Shown: positions 24,101 to 34,739, counted from the first letter of the stretch. The stretch: 64,000 nt of DNA from Nemertoderma westbladi (GCA_032718475.1 JAUCBJ010000486.1:7610-71609), one strand, 5' to 3'. The notes: generated by a model not told the origin, from the sequence alone. Numbers and translations are program-made.

Positions 24101-26215
24101 GCTGATCTCATGTCATTCTTAGATAGAGAAGTGAAATTACAGCTCCTAAGGCAGTCCAGAGAGAAGACATTGGAAAACAAGGTAAGTGAGAAACCCGTTT
24201 CTAGGAGAAGGGTAACACCAGTATGTTATACCGACGACGGTGAAAGCCAAACTTCTCAAGGAGAGGACAGCGGGAAAGACACTGACAGATCTTATTATGT
24301 CAATAAATTGCCTAAAGATCAGGTAAGTAAATCCGAGTCTCGACCCAATGACAGAAGGGAACTGGTACAAAAAACCCCTCCTACGTCTCCTAAAAGAATT
24401 CAGGTGAGAAAGCCCGAGGAAAGAACAAGTGTGCACCACACAGCACATGTTAAAGTAAGTAACATCAAGCCCAAATGTGTGCTGTGCGACGGGCCCCACC
24501 GTTTAAATGCGTGTGATAAATTCCTGAGGAAATCACTCGAGGATAGACGTGAAGTCATGTGGGATAAGCGGTTGTGTTATAATTGCCTCAGACGAGGACA
24601 CCAACGGCGAACCTGTAACTCCGACGCAAGGTGTGCAAAGTGCGGCGCAAAACATCATATCTTGTTGCACACGGAATTCGAACGAAACAGCCCGAGTCAG
24701 GTAAGTGAGTCCGAACTACATGTCCAATTCAGTGATGTGAACGACACTGATCAATCTGAGATGGAAGGATTCTATACGGACGAGTTCTCCGACCAAAACG
24801 AATCCTGTTACCTAATAAACACCACCGCAGTGTATCGAGCACTCGTGTATGAGAAAGACACAGACAGCGACCTTACCTTAACTACTTCCGATCAACAACC
24901 ATCTTGGAAAGCGCCAACTTCCAATATAGGAATCCGAGAATTTCCTGTAGTCCAGTTACGGGTCTACGGACCTCAGAAGAGCTATATAGTGAACGCCCTC
25001 CTGGACTCCGGTAGCACAGGAACATTCATCGATAAAGAACTAGCCGAAGTCATCTTTGCTGGACAACCCAAGTTCCGAACCATGCTAAACATGTCAGGGA
25101 TCATGCAGGTTTGGAATTCTACTGTAGCTGCCGACTATTATATAGGTGAGTTGTCCACCCCCCAGGACGAACTAGGAGAACATAGCATCAGGTCAGTGAA
25201 AATGGTGGCTATAAAGAACTTCGCTACTACTCAAGCAGACCTTTATAATTGGGACGAGGATGAGAGCATCCAACATCTTAACATACCTCGATTACAGACT
25301 GATTATCCTGGAGTGCAAATACTCATCGGCCAAAACGCGCATGAGGCGCTGGAGACATTAGAGAAACGGCCTGCTCAACCGCAGCCACTACAGACCTATG
25401 CGGTAAGAACTAGAGTAGGTTGGTACCTTACTGGACCTTCCGGTAGAACGCTCAGGGAAAGACTGCTTCAAGATCGCGTCTGCCAGATGAGTGAATGGGA
25501 AGATGATACTAGTGAGGGAGACGACCCAACTGAGGGAACACCACACTCCTCAGATAATGACAATCTTAGCTCCAATGTAGATCAATGGAGATATTGCCCC
25601 AAGAAGTTTAATCCAACGGACATCGCTTCCAGAGGAGCAACTCCTCAAGAACTGACAGATACTATAGACCGGTTAGGTGAACCCGACTTCCTGAGTAAGG
25701 AGAATGAATGGCCTCCCCATCTTACTCCGACTGAGATTAGACCAGCCAAGGGAGCGGAGAAAGTCGAACCTGAAACCCGGACGGGTGGATCGGAGTTATT
25801 TGAACCCGGGATAGATCTGTCGGTATTACATGTTACCAGGGACGACGCCGTGGATCTGGGCCTCCCCTCCGCGAGTGGATCCTTCATGAAGATCAGAGAG
25901 AGCGATTGGAGCTCTGGAACATCAGACGTCTCGCAGGGACTCTCACCTCTCCTGCAGAGAGCGACGGACCACTATAGCTCCTGGAATCAGCTTTGTGACG
26001 CCGTCATATACTTTGAGCGATGTTTCTATCGTCACTATTCCAGGACGAAGAGGAAACCTGGAATTGTATTCAGGATGCAGCGACTCAATCACCCAGTCGG
26101 TCGTTTGTGTTTATCGGAAGGGAATGGAGGACTCTCCGGAAACTGTGGAAGGCAAGATTCTCTTCCCACGACCACCTCCCTAATCCTTCAAACATCTAGG
26201 GACTCCATAACGTAA
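21128..26215 (+). CDS. gag: BEL-type Gag-protease polyprotein (1695 aa) lacking RT and integrase
   Basis: Capsid-like region (KFNGDEMKWLPF...EKLRYLIECLEG); three BEL zinc knuckles (CVLCDGPH..C, CYNCLRRGH..C, CAKCGAKHHILLH); protease ALLDSGS; then directly QWRYCPKKFNPTDIASRG (RNase H tail); AEAK coiled-coil repeats at ~22300-22570. Confidence 0.92.
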   Translation: MSDTKQNLSDSLLDVTICDSDRDVPLSGRKSSSPPTVRKVIPPVVITEPRLVQHRRSIIGTRAQVKRDQQAAEQQQPASQELIPQRPSSSSSEDTVELTPESGAEMTDAVYTDPLLILPAAVLAGLLIAVEEHQIDWARSQRSTRDSYAGYTSEQLKSIVESQWNFPGPGLPFDLSEAAWEDIHRMGVAKETIDPAVWKRSAAGYTQGFFSSMERIEKQLFQQPQGPQKQGSLLYQVRERVLRIRLILSAFEEASKRKQDTSLQVAVKTWFQRVSRQVQGAAQWKAQLEERSTHGESTDATFSQVESEATAEKPHKRDAIDIYLSDYQRFVGDEELRRRLDGLSSNSEGAQRVLDAIDVDRLAANQAKFDEQLRIAREQEEQVRKKRIEDRKIAAVAEAERKATLAEAAAEAKAAAAEAEAKATKAAAEAEAKATKAAAEAEATAAAAEAEAKATAAAAEAKAEAKAAAAEIKAAAVAEAERRASEEATQLELENLQERQDNFNKQLTASNMQMMNRSTPKRQGYTSSEEGDTTDTEGKGNRSRPSRRKRTFHRQKLPDLPPAVRRQLNNTNLGSTEPTDQIIKIERLPTIVDEPEIIRPVLEITPTVIDTPVLPEATYKFPLHSTKLPVPRRTARETVQVLDPEQNIPNLSPVVPCLPATTLADPVSAVDWVDERRRGMDILLGEMKENRIRSSQQVRELEGTVQHLKGTVRESKLELQEVQQNIALERDKLVNLQKGIPPPPVTMCQPVRSEVSHAQGVEPTRIYTASEVETPIVNPIKGNYRPVCNDIPYGTDHNPRNLYTDNSILNSTMAQESFTRQMARTEARQAVKVGEIVKFNGDEMKWLPFNEYYKDNIQNSVLSNGEKLRYLIECLEGSPKLMALRFIGHPDGLRQVWDTLNIRYGNRNNIAGYLYAKLVAPRKFISSGIIEFSDEIQEICRQLDWLGKSHEYQSAMVIRAVASTLPKGGVGTRWDKKVLYMMEQQQRDPTMADLMSFLDREVKLQLLRQSREKTLENKVSEKPVSRRRVTPVCYTDDGESQTSQGEDSGKDTDRSYYVNKLPKDQVSKSESRPNDRRELVQKTPPTSPKRIQVRKPEERTSVHHTAHVKVSNIKPKCVLCDGPHRLNACDKFLRKSLEDRREVMWDKRLCYNCLRRGHQRRTCNSDARCAKCGAKHHILLHTEFERNSPSQVSESELHVQFSDVNDTDQSEMEGFYTDEFSDQNESCYLINTTAVYRALVYEKDTDSDLTLTTSDQQPSWKAPTSNIGIREFPVVQLRVYGPQKSYIVNALLDSGSTGTFIDKELAEVIFAGQPKFRTMLNMSGIMQVWNSTVAADYYIGELSTPQDELGEHSIRSVKMVAIKNFATTQADLYNWDEDESIQHLNIPRLQTDYPGVQILIGQNAHEALETLEKRPAQPQPLQTYAVRTRVGWYLTGPSGRTLRERLLQDRVCQMSEWEDDTSEGDDPTEGTPHSSDNDNLSSNVDQWRYCPKKFNPTDIASRGATPQELTDTIDRLGEPDFLSKENEWPPHLTPTEIRPAKGAEKVEPETRTGGSELFEPGIDLSVLHVTRDDAVDLGLPSASGSFMKIRESDWSSGTSDVSQGLSPLLQRATDHYSSWNQLCDAVIYFERCFYRHYSRTKRKPGIVFRMQRLNHPVGRLCLSEGNGGLSGNCGRQDSLPTTTSLILQTSRDSIT

Positions 26216-29200
26216 CAACATATGGAGTGGGTGTGTGACTCTATTATTTTATATTATTTTATTATTTTTATATTTATGTATGTATTACTATGTAATTCTA
26301 TTATAATCGTTTTCTTTAATTTTATTCAGTAGAATGTTATTTTAGCGATTATTTTGTAGAATAGTGCAATATATATTCGCGTTTATTACTTAATTACGTA
26401 TATATTATATTTAGTGCGACGGCGAAGAAATAATTATTTTTCTCTTTCCTTACTGTCCGTATTATATTATAAATACGTGACTACAGTAAGATGAAATGTC
26501 CGTACTTATTAAAGTACAATAAAGCCACTACTATATTTAAGTATTATTGGTAGGCAGAGTATTAGGAATGCAAAGTTCAGATCCTCGTGTCTCGGCTAAA
26601 CCAAGCTCTGGGTAGACCTTGGAAACGACTTGCCTCTTCACACTGACATTGCTTCGTGCGATATTGCTCTCATACCGTATATTAAATAATACATATAGTA
26701 GCGTGATGTCCCTTTAACAGTAGCGTATAACGCAAAATAAATCTGTTAAACCCTTTGACCATCTGTAATTCTAGTCGATTAAGATATCGCGGCACCCACC
26801 GATATACTTGAAAGACAAATTCTAGAATCAGTGGTTAACGTCCCCAGACAAGTTCTGGAATAAATCGGTGCCCATCTCAAATATTAATTAATTAATATTT
26901 GCAAAATCTAATAAATCAAAATCTGTAAAATTCAGATCCTTCAATAATTCTAGTCAATTAAGATATCGTAGTATTTACCGATATTCTTAAGAAGACAATT
27001 GTCATAGAATTAAGGATCTTGTGTCCCTAGACATGTTCTAGAATCAAAACATGTCCATTTAATTATCAAATAATAAAATTTCAGGGAATAAATTTAAATT
27101 CATGTCTTTTAATGAATTTAATAAATTGCCATTTTTACGCAATTTATAAAGTTCCCAAAATTCCATTAATTAATAGATCAAGGGAGCGGAGATTTATCTT
27201 ATCATGCGTATGAGTGTGTGAAAGTCTCCCAAACATAGTCAATAGCCGATAAAATTCATAAAGTCATGTATAAAACAGAACATTGACTATTAAAGAATTA
27301 CTATTAAATAACATCCCAGATCTGTATGCATTGGAATCACCCTAATTCTACCGCTAGCTTTGCATAATGTCACCATAGCAACAACCACGCTAGAATTAGA
27401 ATTGAGTTAAAAGAACAATAGAAAACTTGTCCCATTGAATAGCATAGGGAATAAATAGCGCACTACTAGTATCCAAGGATACATAATAATACAGTGACAT
27501 TCTGGAAGGCATTGACTAACGGACAAATGGCCCGAATGTGTGTAATTTGTGACAAGTTGTGTGTGTGGTATTTGTGAGTTTATAGGTGAATGTTACTGCT
27601 AAGGTGTGTTTACAGTAGCCAGTCGCAATCGTAAAGTAACCTAACTCTCCAAGGAAAACCTGAAGTACATCTAAGCCTTTGGGACGGACAGTCGAGTGAC
27701 TTGTGCCGGTTGTCGTTGTCGTTGTGCGGCTACGTCGTTGGCGAAAGTACAGCGGCGACGACACATCGGCGCTGAGGATCTCGTACTGTCCGGGGGTTAA
27801 TTGGAGTAGGCAGCGACGCTCGCTAGCCTGAATATAAACTCATTATAATATGGATAAACTCATATAGCAGATATGGTTGAGTTGATAGAAGATGATCTTG
27901 GTATCGGGGAGCGATATACTCTACTTTTGCAAGCGTTTGTTGATAGCTTAATACGCGGTGACGTTAGTCTAACTGCTGCGGAGGACGATGGTCGTTATAT
28001 CGAACCGACAATGTCCCAAGTGCAGCTCTCGCGAGAGTTGGACTATAGAAATTTCGCTGCTCGCTACACGCATTGTAATGGTATGTATATGGACTTCTTA
28101 ACCATTGACCATTCTATCGATTTACACAATACGGACTATGTCGACTATATATCCTGCCCAGCGGAGTCTGAACCATAAACTGAAATTCGAATGCGAAAAT
28201 TCTATTCGAAATCGGCTCGAAAGAAAAGACATTAAAGAAACAAATAAACGCGGTAACTCCAACATATATTTGGAATTCTTGATAGAATCATTGTAACTAC
28301 AAATAAATATCATCCGCGTTTCCCCTACCAGACGTGCGTCTTGGGTATTATTACGGTAAATGCCCTAGACCTAGCCAATAAACGGAAAGACATAAACATC
28401 CACGGAAACGTTGTGTTAAATACAGTTGTGTTCGTTATATTTACTGGAGTTTCGAGCGAAACTTGTTTGACGTATCACCTATGCTCACTCGGCTCTAACG
28501 ATCCTAGAGTAAACCTACGATCAGAGTCCCGGAATACTCGGTCAAACCTCCTCATTCCTTAGTTGGACCTCAGACCTGCGATCCTGGTGGTGTCGCGGAT
28601 CCTCGCGGACGGTATTCACTGTTCAAAGATCTAGTGCTACTCTAACAATTAATCGGTAACACTCCGACAGTGATTTCTAGCTAGCCGCCCATCTTACCTA
28701 GCCGGATTGTGACGCGGACACCTAATATCACTATCCAACCGTATGGTCGTCCCCGTTTAACGCGATACAACCCCTCATCAAGGTGAAGGAGAGCTTTGTA
28801 CGAAACGAGTTAAACGCTATTCTATAAAGATCAAAAGAGAAACCTGCGTTTGTTCAGATAAACGTAAGTTATAACAGTAAGTCCAGTCGATAAACGAATT
28901 GGCCTTATCTCAATTCGATTGGGAAATCCAGAATCTCTAAGAAGTTATTGAACTTGGACGATCCTATTCTCTGCGAGAGTTTTTGGATGAACGTATCCAG
29001 CTACGAGCGGAGGAAAATCAGCTCGAGGAGAAGCATATCGAAACGGCAGATACCTCGACCATAAACCTACACCTTCTGATGCAATCATATTGCACCCTTC
29101 ACCCAGGAGTTATGGCCCTCCTAGTAAAGTGGCTCCCCCCAAAGAGAAAAAGACTCTTGCTAGCCTCAAAAAACTGCGTAAACGCCGTCTGCGTAAGAAA

Positions 29201-29284
29201 GACTAACTGTTTAGAGTATCTTTATATTTTAGAAACTGTGATTTTGTATATTTTATAGACTTAAATCCCATTTTCTGGGAGTGG

Positions 29285-30507
29285 TGTAAAAGCTTTTGCT
29301 GAATTGTCCGGTTATTTTTCCTTATTTTTCCCGTAAAATACTCTGTAGTTGGTTTACCAGGCATAAAAAGGCCGTGTCCTTGCTGTACTGGTGTTTTAGC
29401 GGACATAAAAGCTATTTCTTCTGTATTTGTACTTTAGAGGACATAATCCGTAATTCCGTGACGTAAAAGCTCGATACTCTTGAAAACAGTGTCGCTACCA
29501 TGACGACGGCTAGCAGCTGATATTGACACGTCGACGTTTCTTTGTTTCTCTGTTCTCTCGTTGTTCAGGTTGACCAATCAGAGCGTTTGTTATCTCTGTG
29601 TTGGAGGTATATACAGAAACTCAGTAGTTCAGTGTTATGTTTTTGACCAGAGCCTAAGAACCGGCTTTGGCACCTCCGTGTTTTCAGTTTTTAGTCTTAC
29701 ACTAGTAGGTTTAATTATAAAGGGCATATATCCTTTAACTGACATACCGATCAAACTCATGGAATCACTGCTAACTGATCATACATACTGACTGCTGAAA
29801 CATTGCAAACTCATAACAATCAGTGTTCAGTTGTTGTTTTATACTGCTATTTGTTGTCGGTTATTCATTATATTTGTTGATGAATTATTATATTGGAATA
29901 ACGAGAAATAACCCCGACACCCAATATTCTTGATATACCGAAGGTAAGAGAGAAAGGTTACAGATAAACGATTGTGACTTATGTTAAAGTGGTTTGAAGT
30001 GAATCTAATGTTATTTGATAGACCCTACATGAGTCAGTCTGTGTTCCTTTTATATGTGACTAAAATCAGTGAAGATTGGCAGATTAGTGTGCAGTATTGT
30101 GCAGCATTGTGTATGAGTGAGTCTGTTAAAGAAGCAATTCCTAAAGAATGCGCCATATATGTGAATTATAATTAAGCCATATCGTTGTGAGTAGTTTAAG
30201 TCATAACTCTGTTTATATAGATAAAGCGCCACGTCCTAAAGGAACTGTTAATATTACCGAAGGTGAATAATATTGTCAGAGATTATATAATACTGTCAGT
30301 CGAATAATACATTAGGCTTACATAGCAATAAAATTAAACCGTCGAACCCAATCTCCCGGGAATCCCCAGCGGGTGAATGGTCGCGCACGGATTGGTTTCG
30401 ACTAGTGTAGTGAATCAAATACTTGTCATAGACTAAAAACAGATTTAATATCTAGAAGACATCTTAATTTGGTGGGTTAAACTGCCAAAGGTCTGAAAGC
30501 GCGAACA
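29285..30507 (+). repeat. 3' LTR of inner element
   Basis: Direct repeat of 16323-17545, preceded by purine-rich GGGAGTGG (PPT). Confidence 0.96.
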
Positions 30508-30593
30508 TCTTCGTTTGGCTTCGATCCGAAAGGGGAGGGTGGTAAAGTCTAAAGTTCGCGGGGATGTGGAGGAGTGTGTGATGACGTAGGTCA

Positions 30594-32822
30594 TTAAGAC
30601 CGCGCAGCACGATCTTTGGTCGCAATCCCGAACATAGTGACCCATGTTCCGAGACACCGGAAGCATCCTCGGTGTTTCATTATCGCCTCGAATCGTGGGA
30701 CGAGTTCAGCAAACTGGAACTTTCTGCAGAATTCCACCTTATGTTTCTCTCCGCAGAAAAGACATAGAAGGGAGGTTGTGGTGCCTTCCCTTTCGGGTGC
30801 CCAATTCGCTAGATAACACGCCCATTCCTCGGCTGATGTCAGTTCCTCGTAGTCCTCGTCGTCGGAATCCTCGGCCATGGTGATGGCCATCGTACTCACC
30901 GGAAGGGGATGGAATCTCGGTTTCGGAGTGGGTGTCCTGCTCCTGGAGTTGTTCTCTATTCCGTCTAACTTGGAGAGACTTTGTTTGGAGAACATTGAGT
31001 CATTTAAGGCTTCGGAGATATCATCTAGGAATGCCGACATTTCGAGGAAACTGGGATCTCGATCTGGGTGTCTGAGTCGGAGATCTACGCATTTATACGC
31101 CCACTTGCTTTGTAGCCATCCGGGGAACTTTCGGGCAATCTGTCGGAGGTTTAGAATGTTGTTTACTTGTTCCTCCTTATTTAATGGTTTTAGAGTGTAG
31201 TAGGCATCTTTCATGGAATCCGAGAATTCCTGGATATTCTGTGGGTCCCCTAGGGATCCCGCGTCCTGTATCAGTTTCTCGAGAGTTTTATTAATTATAG
31301 TCCCGATATTTCCGTATCTTTTGTCTAGAGTTTTCCATGCGTCATAGTATGCTTCATGAGATCCTCCCTCGAAACATTTAATGATTCGACGTGGTTTGTC
31401 GCCCAGGTATTGGGATAAATATACCAGTTTTTGTGTGTCGGTTATATCCGTTGACCCAATCTGAGCGAAGAACCATTTCTTAGGTAATCGACGGGGTCTC
31501 CTTCGAAGGTGCGGATCTCCATCTTGGGCATGGCCAGGCGGTTTTCCAATGCCCGGATAATGCCGACGTCATCTGAACTGGAATGACTAGGAGGGTTATA
31601 GTTATTAACACTCTCTCCCATGCACGATGGATCAATGAGAGGTGGAGTTTTAATGATGACGCGGTTACGGATTTGTGGTGTGGATGTAAACGGATTGTTG
31701 GATCGAGGGGTGGCGTCCCGTTCCGAGTCCTTTTCAGGCTCGTACTTGAGAACGCCCGGTGCCGTGGGGTTGGATGGGAAATAAGGTTCCTCATTCTTAA
31801 GCGTAACCGGTGGGGGATGGAATACCGGTGCTTGTGCCGTTAACGTAGACGATATGGTTGGCGGGAACTCGGGTTTCGGAGGTTTCGCCGCCGGTGGCGT
31901 AAATGACTTCTCTAATTCCGGGACCGGGATTGGTTCATAGTTCTGTTCTATACCCCTTTCCCAGTCCTCGTATAGTTGAAGATCCCGTTCTATGAGTGCG
32001 GCTTCGTAGTCCGCGAGTTTCGCAATATCCGCATTCTTTTTATGGATGAGAATCACTTGGGCCTCGGCATGTTGTTTACACATTTCTGCCTCTAGTTTAC
32101 GTTGTTCAGCCTCTCGTTCACGTTGTTCGGCCTGTTGTTCGGCCTCTCGTTTACGTTGTTCGGCCTGTTGTTTGGCCTCGTTTTTGCATTTCAGCTGCCA
32201 ATACATCCTGTTCGATCTGCAGTTGAACATATTCGTCTTCCATTCGAGCTTTTTGGGCCAATGCCCTCTGTTCTCGTAGCTGATCTCGGAGTGGCTGACC
32301 CCCTTGAGAACTGCGCGCTGAACCGGATATCTCGCTCCTAGCGCTGGAGTGTTAGTGCCTCGAGGACCCCGTTCTCTTTCGATGAATTGCTGTCCTGGTG
32401 CTGGAGGTCCGCACCGATTCTGCGTCTGTCCTTTCAGTTCTCTTATAGTACTGTTCCTCGTAGCCTCTTACAAGGCTGAGGGTCCTCCGATGTTGCTTCC
32501 GGAACTCGTCCAAATGTGCGATGTGTTCTTCGAGTTTGGGGTAGTTTACCTGATCCGTTGCGGGAATAAGTTCTTGATATGATTTTATCATCCTCTCATA
32601 TCGTTGTAAGATACTTCGGATATTCTGTAGCTGAGTCTGTATCTCGTTGAGGGGGGTTTCGACTCCCCTTAGTTGTTTCTCTATACGTTGGTATGCTCGA
32701 GTCACTCCGCCTTTGAGAGCTCCCAGTCGACGACCCATGTTCTTCACATTCGGCACCTCGTCGGCTCCCGAGTCTGTGTGGGGGTCCATCTCATCGGTAT
32801 CAGAGACGTTATTCGTCGTCAT
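30594..32822 (-). pseudogene. gag: BEL/Pao gag of outer element, frameshifted
   Basis: RRLGALKGGVTR N-terminus; MPKMEIRTFEGDPVDY; KFPGWLQSKW; zinc knuckles CLFCGEKHKVEFC and CFRCLG; at least three frames. Confidence 0.9.
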
Positions 32823-33010
32823 TCTAGCGCCTCGTTGATAGCTAGATATGCAATGTCATAAAATAGTTCTTCGTAGGTCTCGTATTCAGCTTGGACTACC
32901 CGAACGGTAATCCTGAATCGTCCGACGTTCGTTCCTTGTACTTCAACTTCGACGTGCCAGATTCCTGGCTCAACTTGGATTATATCAATGGGTGTGATCA
33001 ATACTTCCAT
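32819..33010 (-). CDS. Small upstream ORF (63 aa) overlapping the gag start by ATGA
   Basis: ATG-initiated, protein-like composition; its TGA overlaps the gag ATG. Confidence 0.35.
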   Translation of the reverse strand: MEVLITPIDIIQVEPGIWHVEVEVQGTNVGRFRITVRVVQAEYETYEELFYDIAYLAINEALE

Positions 33011-33255
33011 TCCCTGTTAACGACTCTCTATATGTGATCTGCCGACTACGAGTTTATTAGTTCGAGTTTGTCGATTAATTAAACCACGGCTTTGTCTTAA
33101 ATCAAATACCAGAGTTTCCTCGTAGTAGGTGCTGGGTAAGCACGGAGAGAGTTTGAAGAGTATTGTAGGATTCCCAACTTCCACCAGTTGAAGTTGGCCG
33201 CGTCTTATTCTCAATTTTGACAGCCTGTCAAAATTGAATCCCTTATTCTCAATTT

Positions 33256-34739
33256 TGTTACCGTTATTCCCGACACCATGGGGGAAAACGCCGATGCTGG
33301 AGGCGGAACTTTTCAGACCACGGAATCCTGGCCAGTCACCGGATATTGGTAGTGGAGAAGGAATACGTTCTTAAATGCAAGATTGCGGTTGAGAAAAGTT
33401 TCATTGGTTGGATATAATCTTTAATGTAACTTCCCTACAGTTGAACCTTGATTGAGAATAAGTTGGGCTTCCCCAAACCAATATACACCAAATATTCACA
33501 ATAATATAACACGACAATATAAATCCCTACAGTACATTATTTAATTACCCACTGTTCGCTCAGATTTTAACCTAACTAATGTTCCCCAATTTTCCCTCGG
33601 TCCTAGTCTCGGTACCGTAGTGTCGGTGTCGGTCGACCCTGTTGCGTGTCCGTCCCACCCTTCCCGAACCCCGAAGGGATCGGTCATCAGGAAAGCGGTA
33701 CGGCTTGGCTAAGGGTCGGTCCAGTCGGTAGACCCGGTTGCGTGTCCGTCCCACCCTTCCCGAACCCCGAAGGGATCGGTCATCAGGAAAGCAGTACAGC
33801 TTGGCTAGGGGTCTGTCATGTCGGTGGACCCGTTTGCGTGTCCGTCCCACCCTTCCCAAACCCCGAAGGGATCGGTCATCAGGAAAGTGGTACGGCTTGG
33901 CTAGGGGTCCGTCGGTTCATCGCAGGGACCCAACCACCTAGGCTTTCCGAGTCCTTATTCAGGCTCGTAGTCGCTTCGGCAGCCGAGAAGCTGCTCCGAA
34001 CAGTCGGTAGGCCAGTAGAGTCCAGTCCTTTGTCTTTCGACCCCGTTGCGTGTCCTCCCACCCTTCCCGAACCCCGAAGGGATCGGTCATCAGGAAAGCG
34101 GTACGGCTTGGCAAGGGGTCTGTCAGCCCGTTGTGAGCCCCAACGGTTGGTGGTTTTCCGAGTCCTTATTCAGGCTCGTACTAACGCCGGTCGTGGGACC
34201 CACTCCAGGAAGGCAGTCCTCGTCGAACCCTTCCTCCATTAGTCGGTCGACCCGTTCGTGTGTCCGTCCCACCCTTCCCGAACCCCGAAGGGATCGGTCA
34301 TCAGGAAAGCGGTACGGCTTGGCTAGGGGTCTGTCGTCGGTTCCCGTCACAAATCCCTGACACAAGCAGCAGACTTTCCGAGTCCTTATTCAGGCTCGTA
34401 ATAACTGCTGTTGGCCAGGGACCGCTAAGGGCAGTCCTTGTCCTTTAGACCTAACGAGTTACCAAATCCACCTCTACAGGCAGCAGGAAGCTGGCTAGGC
34501 CTAATAGTAATCAGGCAAACCTGAATACTGCTTAACTTTGCCTCCCACCCCTGGCCCTTAAATACATGAAATGAGTCCCGTAGTAAGTCGCCCCAATATT
34601 CGCCCATAAATCGCCCCCAGTCCATTGAATGTGCCCAAATCCCATGTTCCCGCACCCAGTAGTGATATCGGAATATTCATTTAAAATAAATCCAAAAAAT
34701 ATTCAACTCGCGTTAAGAAGAGTTGAAATACCGCGAACA
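33256..34739 (-). repeat. 5' LTR of outer BEL element (1484 bp)
   Basis: Direct repeat of 9916-11293 with one extra 96-bp unit. Confidence 0.95.

Larger units (their letters stand above)
16323..30507 (+). mobile_element. Nested non-autonomous BEL/Pao-derived LTR element (14.2 kb), very recent insertion
   Basis: Two 1223-bp LTRs (16323-17545, 29285-30507) with only about 4 differences seen; TG...CA ends; TSD TCTTC (16318-16322, 30508-30512); inserted antisense between gag and protease of the outer element. Confidence 0.96.
9916..34739 (-). mobile_element. BEL/Pao LTR retrotransposon (outer), decayed and split by a nested insertion
   Basis: Paired LTRs 9916-11293 and 33256-34739 with TG...CA ends; 5-bp TSD TAATC (9911-9915, 34740-34744); gag-PR-RT-RNaseH-IN order on the minus strand. 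Confidence 0.96.
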
